Part shown: positions 55,773 to 64,000 of the stretch, piece after piece
How positions within the stretch are numbered: position 1 is the stretch's first letter
Layout of the letters: each line of letters begins with the position of its first letter
Assembly (NCBI GenBank): GCA_003223245.1
Contig: QHYI01000105.1
Span: forward strand, 7,913 to 71,912
Source: Acidobacteriota bacterium
Lineage (GTDB): Bacteria; Acidobacteriota; Terriglobia; Acidiferrales; UBA7541
Reading direction: 5' to 3'
DNA: 64,000 nucleotides
Notes under the pieces: model-generated
Told to the model about the DNA's origin: nothing
Seen by the model: the letters and a program-made list of their open reading frames with translations, nothing else
The model's database searches: none
Program-made: the position numbers and the translations under genes

Positions 55773-57477
55773 ATGATTTCCTTTGATGCCGCGCACGCGG
55801 CCGTGCATTACCCAAAGGACCGCCGTTTCCGCATCTGGGTCCGCCCTTCCATCCTGATCGGAATCGCGGTGATTGGGGTGGCTGCTGTGCTAGCGCCGTG
55901 GATTGAGGCTGCGCTCGTCGGCTTGCCTTCCGTTCCACCTGTGCCGCAGATCTATCCCAAGAATTTTGCCGGGCCCCACGAGTTTCCAGTTTGGGTCCGC
56001 TACTGCCACTTCTTCAATTTCTTCTTTGTGATGTTGCTCATACGCAGCGGCCTATCCATCCTGGTCGACCATCCTCGCCTGTATTTCAATGATCACTGTA
56101 CGCCAGGTAGCGAATGGATGCGCTTCACGCAGCTCAAAGTTCCTCACGGCCGCATCTGGACGGCGAAAGACGACGCCCGCTATCTCTCGCCGCTCATCGC
56201 CACACCGGGTTACCGGCACACGATTGGGATTGCTCGCGTGTGGCACTTCATCAATGTCCACGGCTTCCTCATCACCGGCATTTTCTTCATCTTCATGCTC
56301 TTCGACACCGAGCAGTGGCGGCGGCTCGTTCCCACTTCCCCGTTGGTTCTCTTGCAGGCGTGGAACATCTGGGTGCACTACGCAACATTTCACTTGCCTG
56401 CGGAGCCGAACGGGTTTTATGGCTACAATGCCTTGCAGCAGATTGCGTATTTCACGGTCGTTTTTGTCTTCGGCCCTTTCGCTATCGCCACTGGCATCGC
56501 CATGTCGCCAGCGGTGGTGAACCACCTCCCCTGGTATGCGCGGATTTTTGGCGGCCGGCAATCGGCCCGGTCTATTCACTTCCTTACTATGCTCAGTTTC
56601 TTAGCATTTCTCGTGGTGCACGTCACGCTGATCGTGATGACCGGCTTTGCACGCAACATGAATCACATCGTGCTGGGGACCGACGATCAAGGGCATTGGG
56701 GTATGTACTTGGGATTTGTGGGCATAGGCGTGGTCGTGCTTTCGTGGGGTGGTGGCTCACTACATCTCCTGGAACCACCCGCGAGGTTTGCAGCACGCCC
56801 TCAAGTCCGTGACCTATCCCATGCAGCTCCTCACATTGAACCGGCTGGTGCCGCATCAGAGTTATTCCGATCAGGATATTTCGCCCTACTTCTGGCCCAA
56901 TGGAAAGATGCCAGTAAGAGAGGAGTGGAAGCAGTTGGCCGAACGGGGCTTCCGCGATTTCAAATTAAACGTGGGAGGATTGGTCGAAAATCCAGTCGAG
57001 CTTTCCCTTGCGGACCTGGAAAAACTGGGCCTCATTGAAAACATCACCATGCACCATTGCATCCAGGGCTGGAGTGGCATCGCGAAGTGGGGCGGCATTC
57101 CGATGAAGAAGCTCATCGAACTCGTGCGGCCAAAACCGGAAGCCAAGGTTGTGGCCTTTTTCTCGTTTGGGGAAGCGCTCTATGGCGGAGCCTATTACGA
57201 TACGCAGCGCCTTGAGAATGTTCTGAAGAGCGAATGTCTGCTCGCTTCGCGCATGAACGGTGGCCCGCTCCCGGAAGTATATGGCGCTCCGCTGCGGCTG
57301 CGCGTCGAGAATCAACTTGGCTACAAGATGGTCAAGTGGATCGAGCGCATTGAGTTTATGCAGTCGGAAAAGCAGTTGGGCAAAGGAGAGGGCGGAAAGA
57401 ACGAAGATGACGAATACTTCGATCTTCTGCCAATATCTGACGGCCTCCCACACTGTTTGTGGCACTGGCTGCCGTAA
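55773..57477 (+). pseudogene. Cytochrome-b-like membrane domain fused to a molybdopterin (sulfite-oxidase-fold) oxidoreductase domain, split by a +1 frameshift at a GGGG run
   Basis: Frame 0 is protein-like up to ...GFVGIGVVVLSW (56747). Frame 1 continues immediately as VVAHYISWNHPRGLQ...HHCIQGWSGIAKWGGIP...LRLRVENQLGYKMVKWI. The out-of-frame tail of ORF1 is Arg/Gly/Pro-rich junk. Confidence 0.75.
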
Positions 57478-58275
57478 AATCATTTAGCAGGTCTTGCACC
57501 CTGAAAGCATTGGCGTCCTAGAACGCCAATGCTGACTTCCTCGAGCATTGCATTTGGCCAGGTGCTTTCAAGTGCATTTCAGCGCGGTGCCTTGCGGGTG
57601 ATTTGTACCGCTGCTTAAGCTCTGTGGTGGATTGGTAAGTGATCCTGTCGCTGCGCCGTGTCCGTATTTTGTTTGCACATGACCGCTGGCATTTCTGCTC
57701 TCCTGGGTTTGGTGGGGTGAATTCTGGGTAATCGGCACCCGGGATAGCGAGTGACGCCTCCGTTGGTGAGCTCTCGATAGATCTCTCCCAGGATGCTCAC
57801 AATCTCAGCGACAGCACGGTCGGAACTCCGAAGTTGCACGTAATCGCGCTCTGCGAGTTGGCCGGACGACGACGAGTTCAGCCTTCTTCCAAGAATGGCC
57901 TTGGGCAATTTCCCCCGTTTCGGGATCGAAGGCATCCAGCCACTGAGATGTTGCCCATCCCCAGACTATTCTTTGCGAAGGAACAGCAGCGTCCATCGAG
58001 GATGAGGATGGCGATAATGATGAGCGGAGCCCGCCATGGCCGGTCTGCCTGATGCGGAACTCCCCCAGTTCTGGCATGAACAGTTCCTGCCTCTTGCCGC
58101 CCAGGAGCATGCGCTCCGCGAGAAGCTAATGATCGTAGGCCAGGGAAGGGCACCTACTTCCTCAATCCAACAGCGCTATCGAAGTTGCTCCTTCTAATTT
58201 ATGTCCCAGCGTCCCGTCCCGGCGCACTTCGCGGGCTTGACGCAATCCCAGTTATAGACATAACATCAAAGCGAA

Positions 58276-59211
58276 ATGGCCGTACGTAACGGACGGATGG
58301 CTGGATGGTTGCTACTGACCTTCACCCTGCCTGCGAAGCGCGCCAGCCAAAGAGTAGAGATTTGGCGAAAGCTGCAGCGGTACGGAACCGTGCCACTTGG
58401 AAATTCGGGCTACCTGCTCCCTAACAATCCCAGCAACGAAGAAAGATTTCAGTGGCTCGCGACCGCGATTCGGAAATACGGAGGCGACGCATCCGTGGTG
58501 CACGTCGCATCGATCGACAACCTCTCAAAAGCTCAACTGATCGGCCGCTTCTCGGAAGCACGCACGCGGGAGTATCAGGAATTGATTCGGGAGCTTCAAG
58601 CACTTTCATCAAAAGGTGCGGAAGGAAAGAGTAATGGCCGTCTCGACCGGTTGCGAAATCGGTTTCAAGAGATTGTCGAGGTCGACTTCTTCAACAGCCC
58701 GCTACAAGTTCGTGTCAAGCAATTACTTGAGCAGGCCGCCTCATTGCGCGGGGCGGGGGCCGCGGCCCCGACCGGCAATATCAACACGAAGGACTACAAG
58801 GGCAGGCTCTGGGTCACTAGACCAAGGCCGGGAGTCGATCGTTGTGCATCTGCCTGGCTGATCCGAAACTTTATCGACCCCAAAGCGCGGTTCGCTTTTG
58901 CACCAGAGGACCGTGTGCCGGCTGGCAGCGTGCCATTCGACATGTTTCATGAAGAAGGATTCGGCCACCGTGGCGACGACTGCACGTTTGAAACCCTCAC
59001 AAAACAATTTCACGTCCGCGACCCGAAGGTTGCTGTGATCGGGCAAATGATTCACGACGCAGATCTCGCGGATGATCGGTTTGGCCGTAAAGAGGGTTAC
59101 GGGGTGGACCAGATATTGAAAGGCTGGGCGCGTCAAGGTATCTCGGACGACAAACTGCTGGAGCGCGGGATGGGACTCATCGAAGGACTCTACCACGCAC
59201 CACAGAAGTGA
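58276..59211 (+). CDS. chrB: ChrB-family protein (chromate-resistance regulator-like)
   Basis: The N-terminus is WLLLTFTLPAKRASQRVEIWRKLQRYGTVPLGNSGYLLP. The C-terminal domain has WVTRPRPGVDRCASAWLIRNFIDPKARF. Confidence 0.8.
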   Translation: MAVRNGRMAGWLLLTFTLPAKRASQRVEIWRKLQRYGTVPLGNSGYLLPNNPSNEERFQWLATAIRKYGGDASVVHVASIDNLSKAQLIGRFSEARTREYQELIRELQALSSKGAEGKSNGRLDRLRNRFQEIVEVDFFNSPLQVRVKQLLEQAASLRGAGAAAPTGNINTKDYKGRLWVTRPRPGVDRCASAWLIRNFIDPKARFAFAPEDRVPAGSVPFDMFHEEGFGHRGDDCTFETLTKQFHVRDPKVAVIGQMIHDADLADDRFGRKEGYGVDQILKGWARQGISDDKLLERGMGLIEGLYHAPQK

Positions 59212-59229
59212 ATTGAGGAGCAGACGGAC

Positions 59230-60657
59230 GTGTTTGCAAATCATCGAATGTATTGGAAGACGGGGATAAGCACGATTTTGGTGCTGGCCGCGAGCGTGCC
59301 CTCATCCGCTCAGTCGGACCAGCAAAAGACAAGAGTGTTTACTCTCGAAGAAGCGGTGGATTTTGCGCTTAAGAACTATCCTGCGGTGCGGGCATCGCTT
59401 GAACATCTCCGTTCGGCAGAAGCTGGTGTGGGCCTCGCTCGAACGAGCTACTTGCCACGGACCGAGGTTCTTTGGCAGTCCAACCGCGCAACAGACAACA
59501 ACATTGCCGGGCTGACGGTACCAAACTCCGTCATCGCTCCGATTACAGGACCTGTGACGTTGTCGCCGTCGAACCGCAGCGCCTGGGGAAGCGCGGGCGG
59601 ACTGTTGTTTTCCTGGGAGCCGCTCGACTTCGGGTATCGCGGCGCGAGGGTGGATCTAGCACGCGCCGTTCAGAGCAGAGCCGGGGCGGAAGCGTCTCTG
59701 ACACGCCTCGATGTCGGCATTGCCACGGTCAACGCTTACCTGACGCTGCTCGCAGCGGAGCAGACCGTCCGCGCGGCGGAGGCGGATGTCGAGCGCCGCG
59801 AGACCTTCACGAAATCCGTGCACGTTCTCGTCGACAATCAGCTCCGCGCGGGCGCTGATGCTTCAAGGGCGGACGCAGAACTCGCCCGAGCCCGAGTCAA
59901 CCTGGCGAGAGCGCAGCAGCAGGAAGCAACGAGTCGCGCACAACTTGCGGATATTCTCGGCATTGCGGATGTGGCAGTGGAGATTCGGGAAAGCAGTTTG
60001 CTGGGCACGCCGCCCGCGGCTGCTCCCCCACCAACCGCTATCTCCGCGAATCCGGCTGCGGAAGTTCAGCGCGCGCGCGTCCAAGAGTCGCAGTCGCTCG
60101 TGCACGCTCTTGATCGGTCGTATTACCCGAAGCTGTATTTGCAATCGGTGGTGATGGGACGCGGAAGCGGTGTTGACCCCACTGGCAAATTTCTCGGAGG
60201 CACGGAGGGTATGGGACCTGATCGTGCGAATTGGGGGGCCGCGCTCACGGTGACCTTCCCGGTATTCGACATCTTTTCCACCAAGTCGAAAAGGGATGTT
60301 GAAGCAGCGAACCAACGCACAGAGGAAGCGCACTACGACCAGATTTTGCAAGACCTGACGGGACAACTCCGCAAGGCCCAGGCTTCGCTCGATGGAGCAA
60401 GGAAAGTCGCCGAGAACACGCCGCTCGAATTGGGAGCAGCCCTGACAACGGAAACCCAGGAACGTGCACGCTATCAAGCTGGCCTCGCGACGCTGGTGGA
60501 TGTTTCCGACGCGCAGAGTTTTCTGGTGCAGGCAGAGATCGATGACGCTCTGGCGCGGCTGGCGGTCTGGCAGAATCTTGCCTCAGTTGCCGCCGCCCAA
60601 GGCGACCTTGCGCCATTTTTGCAATCACTCAATGCCAAGACACAAGGAGCGCCGTAG
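59230..60657 (+). CDS. TolC-family outer-membrane efflux protein
   Basis: 475 aa with a signal peptide, then [38 protein letters not shown]. Confidence 0.85.
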   Translation: MFANHRMYWKTGISTILVLAASVPSSAQSDQQKTRVFTLEEAVDFALKNYPAVRASLEHLRSAEAGVGLARTSYLPRTEVLWQSNRATDNNIAGLTVPNSVIAPITGPVTLSPSNRSAWGSAGGLLFSWEPLDFGYRGARVDLARAVQSRAGAEASLTRLDVGIATVNAYLTLLAAEQTVRAAEADVERRETFTKSVHVLVDNQLRAGADASRADAELARARVNLARAQQQEATSRAQLADILGIADVAVEIRESSLLGTPPAAAPPPTAISANPAAEVQRARVQESQSLVHALDRSYYPKLYLQSVVMGRGSGVDPTGKFLGGTEGMGPDRANWGAALTVTFPVFDIFSTKSKRDVEAANQRTEEAHYDQILQDLTGQLRKAQASLDGARKVAENTPLELGAALTTETQERARYQAGLATLVDVSDAQSFLVQAEIDDALARLAVWQNLASVAAAQGDLAPFLQSLNAKTQGAP

Positions 60658-60659
60658 CC

Positions 60660-63600
60660 ATGTGGCTCCTTCGCGCCGCACTCCGCAATCCAATCTCCGT
60701 CGTCGTCGTCGTCATCGGCGTCGCACTGTGCTCGATTCTTGCGCTTGTGCGCATGCCGATAGATATTTTCCCGAACCTGAATTTACCGGTCATTTACGTA
60801 GCCCAGCCCTATGGGGGCATGTCTCCAGCACAGATGGAAGGCTATCTCGTGTACTACTACGAGTATCACTTCCTCTACATCACGGGGATCGCGTCCGTGG
60901 AATCAAAGTCGATCCAAAACGTGGGATTGCTGAAACTGACGTTTCATCCCGGCACGGACATGAGCCAAGCGATGGCGCAAACCGTGGGCTATGTAGACAG
61001 GTCGCGTGCGTTTATGCCTCCTGGCACCGTGGCGCCATTCATCATGCGGTTTGACGCAGGAAGCGTGCCTGTGGGCTACCTGGTTTTCTCGAGCACGACG
61101 CGAAGTGTGGGAGAAATTCAGGACCTTGCTCTTAATCGAGTTCGTCCTTTGTTCGCCACACTGCCGGGAGTTTCCGCGCCGCCCCCGTTTGGAGGGAATC
61201 AACGGACAATTGTTATTAGCGTTGATCCCGATCGTCTCCGCGCGTATCGCATGGCGCCAGAAGAGGTCATTCAGGCGATCAGTGCGGGCAACACGATTGT
61301 GCCTGCGGGGAATGTGCGAACCGGAGATTTGTTGCGCCTGGCGCCGATCAATTCAGTCGTCTCGAATATCAAAGACTTGCAAGATCTCCCGATTCGCATG
61401 GGAGCGGGCCCAACGGTTTTCTTGCGTGATGTGGGAACAATAGAAGACACGAGCGATATCGTCACAGGTTACGCAGAGGTAAACGGCAGACGCACCGTTT
61501 ATATTCCCGTTACGAAACGTGCCGATGCTTCGACTCTGACGGTCGTCAACGAAGTGAAAAGCAGCCTGGCGCAATTCCAGTCCGTCGTTCCAGGAGACAT
61601 CCAGATCGATTACGAATTCGACCAATCCTCCTACGTTCGGAACTCGCTGCTATCTGTCGTGAGGGAAGGTCTCCTAGGCGCCCTCCTAACGGGAGTGATG
61701 GTGCTGTTGTTTTTGCGTGATTGGCGGAGCGCGCTCATCGTTGTAACTACGATTCCATTCGCGCTGCTAACAGCCGTAGTAGCCCTGTGGGGCGCAGGCC
61801 AGACCATCAACATTATGACTTTGGGCGGCCTGGCACTGGCTGTCGGGATTCTCGTCGACGAATCGACGGTGGTGATGGAGAACATTCACAGTCACTTGGG
61901 GCAGGGGCGAGGGAGAGCGGTGGCAGTCTTGGAGGCAAGTAAAGAAGTGCAGATTCCTCGCCTTCTTGCGATGCTGTGCATTCTCGCAGTCTTTGTTCCT
62001 TCCTTCTTCATGACCGGAGTGTCGCATTCGCTTTTCGTGCCTCTCTCGCTCGCCGTTGGTTTTGCCATGGCCGCTTCCTACTTCTTGTCGAGTACTCTTG
62101 TGCCCGTATTGGCAACGTGGATTCTGCGGGAGCATGCATGGGAAGCGGAGGATACGCCTTCGTTGCTACACCGAGTGCGGAACGCGCTCGGCCGCATTCT
62201 GAACCGGCTCACGGCAATTCGGGGACTTACGGTTTCGGCGTACGTTCTCGTTTCAATTTTAGTGGTTGTCTTTCTCGGGCCGTATCTCGGAAGAGAGATT
62301 TTCCCTCGCGTTTCCTCGGGTCAACTTCTTTTGAGATTCCGAGCACCGACCGGGACCAGAGTGGAAACTACGGAACGACTCACGCTTGGTGTGCTCCACT
62401 CGATTCAAGAAGCAGCTGGTCCAGGGAATGTTGCCATCTCTTTGGCGTATGTGGGCGCGATTCCGCCCAGCTATCCCATCAATGCGATTTATCTTTGGAG
62501 CAGCGGTCAGCATGAAGCGATGTTGCGTGTGGCTTTGAAACCGGAGTCCGACATTCGCGTGGACGAGTTCGAGGAGCGCTTGCGCCAGCTCTTGCCAGAC
62601 AAATTTCCCGGCTGCCACTTTTCTTTTGAAGCTGGAGATATCGTGACGCAGATCATGAACTTTGGAGCTCCAACGCCCGTGGAAATCAACGTGAGCGGAC
62701 CTGACCTCAGTGCCGATCGAGCTTTTGCTGCGAAGGTTCGCACAGAAGTAAGTAAGATTGGCGCCCTCCGCGACCTTCAGTATGACGAACCGCTCGACTA
62801 TCCGAGCATGGACATCAATGTAGACCGGGAACGGGCGGGACAGTTGGGGGTTACCACCGGGAGTATTGGGCGATCATTCCTTGCAGCCACGTCCTCTAGC
62901 CGTTTCGTCGCGCCGAACTATTGGGCAGATCCGAGGTCCGGAGTCGCATATCAGGTGCAGGTGCAGGTTCCTCAATCCGACGTTACATCGATTCAAGACG
63001 TAGAACATATTCCAGTGATGCAAGGAGGGGCTGAACATCCGCTCGTAGGTGACGTAGCGCAGGTAGGCTACGGGACTGTCGTTGGCGAATATCACCGGCT
63101 GAATGGACAGCGAATGGTGACGCTCACCGCGAATGTCTCGGGAGAGGATCTCGGGCGCGTTTCGAACGAGCTTGACGCCGTGATCAACCGCGTAGGTTCT
63201 GCGCCTCGGGGAGTTAAGGTCACGGTCCGAGGACAGATTGGTCCAATGAAGCAGACATTGACCAACCTTGGCGTTGGGTTGCTTCTCGCCGTCCTCGTGA
63301 TCTATCTGCTGCTGGCGGCGAACTTCCAATCACTAAGGCTCGCCTTTGTGGTGCTGTCTGCTGTTCCTGCGGTCATCTGCGGAGTGCTCTTCGTTCTGCT
63401 TGTGACTCGCACGAGTTTAAACATTCAGTCCTTCATGGGAGCAATCATGGCCATCGGTGTGGCCGTGGCGAACGCGATTCTGCTGGTCACATTCGCGGAG
63501 GAATATCGTAGGGAGGGAAATGCCTCCACTGCTGCTGCGGTTCATGGAGCGCAAACACGCATGAGACCCATTTTGATGACAAGCATGGCGATGATTGCTG

Positions 63601-63833
63601 GAATGGTCCCAATGGCTCTGGGTATTGGCGAAGGAAGTCAGCAAACGGCTCCGCTCGGGCGCGCGGTCATCGGAGGCTTGCTGTTTGCCACGGCGGCCAC
63701 ACTTCTGATTCTTCCGCTCGTGTTTTCCTTGGTGCAAGAACGCGCCGGCGTCAAGTCGCCATCGCTTGATCCCGATGACCCCGCAAGTGCCTTCCTGAGA
63801 GATTCAAATCCACTGCCCGGAGGAGCTAAATGA
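60660..63833 (+). CDS. RND efflux transporter permease (AcrB/HAE-like rather than CzcA-like TM4 motif)
   Basis: 1057 aa beginning [23 protein letters not shown]4 is [22 protein letters not shown]. The topology looks like 12 TM helices. Confidence 0.95.
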   Translation: MWLLRAALRNPISVVVVVIGVALCSILALVRMPIDIFPNLNLPVIYVAQPYGGMSPAQMEGYLVYYYEYHFLYITGIASVESKSIQNVGLLKLTFHPGTDMSQAMAQTVGYVDRSRAFMPPGTVAPFIMRFDAGSVPVGYLVFSSTTRSVGEIQDLALNRVRPLFATLPGVSAPPPFGGNQRTIVISVDPDRLRAYRMAPEEVIQAISAGNTIVPAGNVRTGDLLRLAPINSVVSNIKDLQDLPIRMGAGPTVFLRDVGTIEDTSDIVTGYAEVNGRRTVYIPVTKRADASTLTVVNEVKSSLAQFQSVVPGDIQIDYEFDQSSYVRNSLLSVVREGLLGALLTGVMVLLFLRDWRSALIVVTTIPFALLTAVVALWGAGQTINIMTLGGLALAVGILVDESTVVMENIHSHLGQGRGRAVAVLEASKEVQIPRLLAMLCILAVFVPSFFMTGVSHSLFVPLSLAVGFAMAASYFLSSTLVPVLATWILREHAWEAEDTPSLLHRVRNALGRILNRLTAIRGLTVSAYVLVSILVVVFLGPYLGREIFPRVSSGQLLLRFRAPTGTRVETTERLTLGVLHSIQEAAGPGNVAISLAYVGAIPPSYPINAIYLWSSGQHEAMLRVALKPESDIRVDEFEERLRQLLPDKFPGCHFSFEAGDIVTQIMNFGAPTPVEINVSGPDLSADRAFAAKVRTEVSKIGALRDLQYDEPLDYPSMDINVDRERAGQLGVTTGSIGRSFLAATSSSRFVAPNYWADPRSGVAYQVQVQVPQSDVTSIQDVEHIPVMQGGAEHPLVGDVAQVGYGTVVGEYHRLNGQRMVTLTANVSGEDLGRVSNELDAVINRVGSAPRGVKVTVRGQIGPMKQTLTNLGVGLLLAVLVIYLLLAANFQSLRLAFVVLSAVPAVICGVLFVLLVTRTSLNIQSFMGAIMAIGVAVANAILLVTFAEEYRREGNASTAAAVHGAQTRMRPILMTSMAMIAGMVPMALGIGEGSQQTAPLGRAVIGGLLFATAATLLILPLVFSLVQERAGVKSPSLDPDDPASAFLRDSNPLPGGAK

Positions 63834-64000
63834 CGCGAGCCCGGATTCCGTTCACTGTAATCCTTTGCACGACACTCAGCTTTTGCGCTTCTTGCGGCAC
63901 CAATTCGGGCTCGAGCACCAGCGCTCAGGGAACGGCGTCGCCTACACCAACCGTCGAAGTGGCTAAGGTAACGTTAAAGAAGCTGTCCATCGCGACGCGG
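63830..64000 (+). CDS. RND periplasmic adaptor (MFP) lipoprotein, 5' fragment that runs off the right edge
   Basis: Manual translation gives [29 protein letters not shown]...[17 protein letters not shown]. Its ATG overlaps the RND stop (ATGA). Confidence 0.65.
   Translation, partial: MTRARIPFTVILCTTLSFCASCGTNSGSSTSAQGTASPTPTVEVAKVTLKKLSIATR

Noticed and set aside
1-64000. Search for CRISPR arrays, rRNA, transposases, integrases or prophage genes
   Set aside because: I found no regularly spaced direct repeats with unique spacers. I found no rRNA-like conserved blocks and no ORF with recognisable transposase, integrase or phage motifs. The only repeats are the short tandem or word repeats reported above.

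Overview
High-GC bacterial chromosomal segment with about 60 protein genes, one tRNA and several decayed genes. I found no rRNA, CRISPR array, transposase or integrase. The gene content suggests a soil bacterium, perhaps Acidobacteriota-like, but I cannot establish taxonomy from the sequence alone.

Layout:
- 1-10.5 kb, minus strand, housekeeping: alr (partial), dnaB, rplI-rpsR-rpsF, pth, rplY/ctc, prs, ispE and a large TPR protein.
- 10.7-12.3 kb: arsR-arsM followed by a decayed arsC.
- 13.3-16.2 kb: folD-coaE-htrA.
- 18.2-22.4 kb, minus strand: etfB-etfA-cupin-HicB-like-ETF:quinone oxidoreductase.
- 22.5-30 kb, minus strand: the type II fatty-acid/ribosomal cluster yceD-rpmF-plsX-fabD-fabG-[B12-radical-SAM insertion]-acpP-fabF.
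- 30.8-35.1 kb: a trehalose operon whose OtsA carries a transmembrane sensor/HAMP-like N-terminus, then a conserved hypothetical and a TreT-like synthase.
- 35.7-37 kb: a toxin-antitoxin patch with an intact vapBC and higBA debris.
- 39.2-42.8 kb: a minor-pilin operon (FimT/GspH-PilV-PilW-PilX-like), followed by a GGDEF cyclase.
- 44.2-46.8 kb: HxlR, divergent from DoxX-BNR propeller-ThiS/MoaD-like Ubl.
- 47-54 kb: DUF-type genes, pirin, a secreted BNR-like protein plus lipoprotein, and an S41 peptidase pseudogene.
- 54.4 kb: tRNA-Cys.
- 54.5-57.5 kb: a rhodanese, divergent from a frameshifted cytochrome-b/molybdopterin oxidoreductase fusion.
- 58.3-64 kb: chrB followed by an OMF-RND-MFP efflux operon.

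Most interesting:
1. The class-B radical SAM gene, with its own consensus promoter, wedged between fabG and acpP and followed immediately by a FabG-like 3' remnant.
2. The sensor-fused trehalose-6-P synthase operon.
3. The HxlR/DoxX/BNR/Ubl module.

All calls rest on reading the ORF translations and the DNA by eye. No database search was run.
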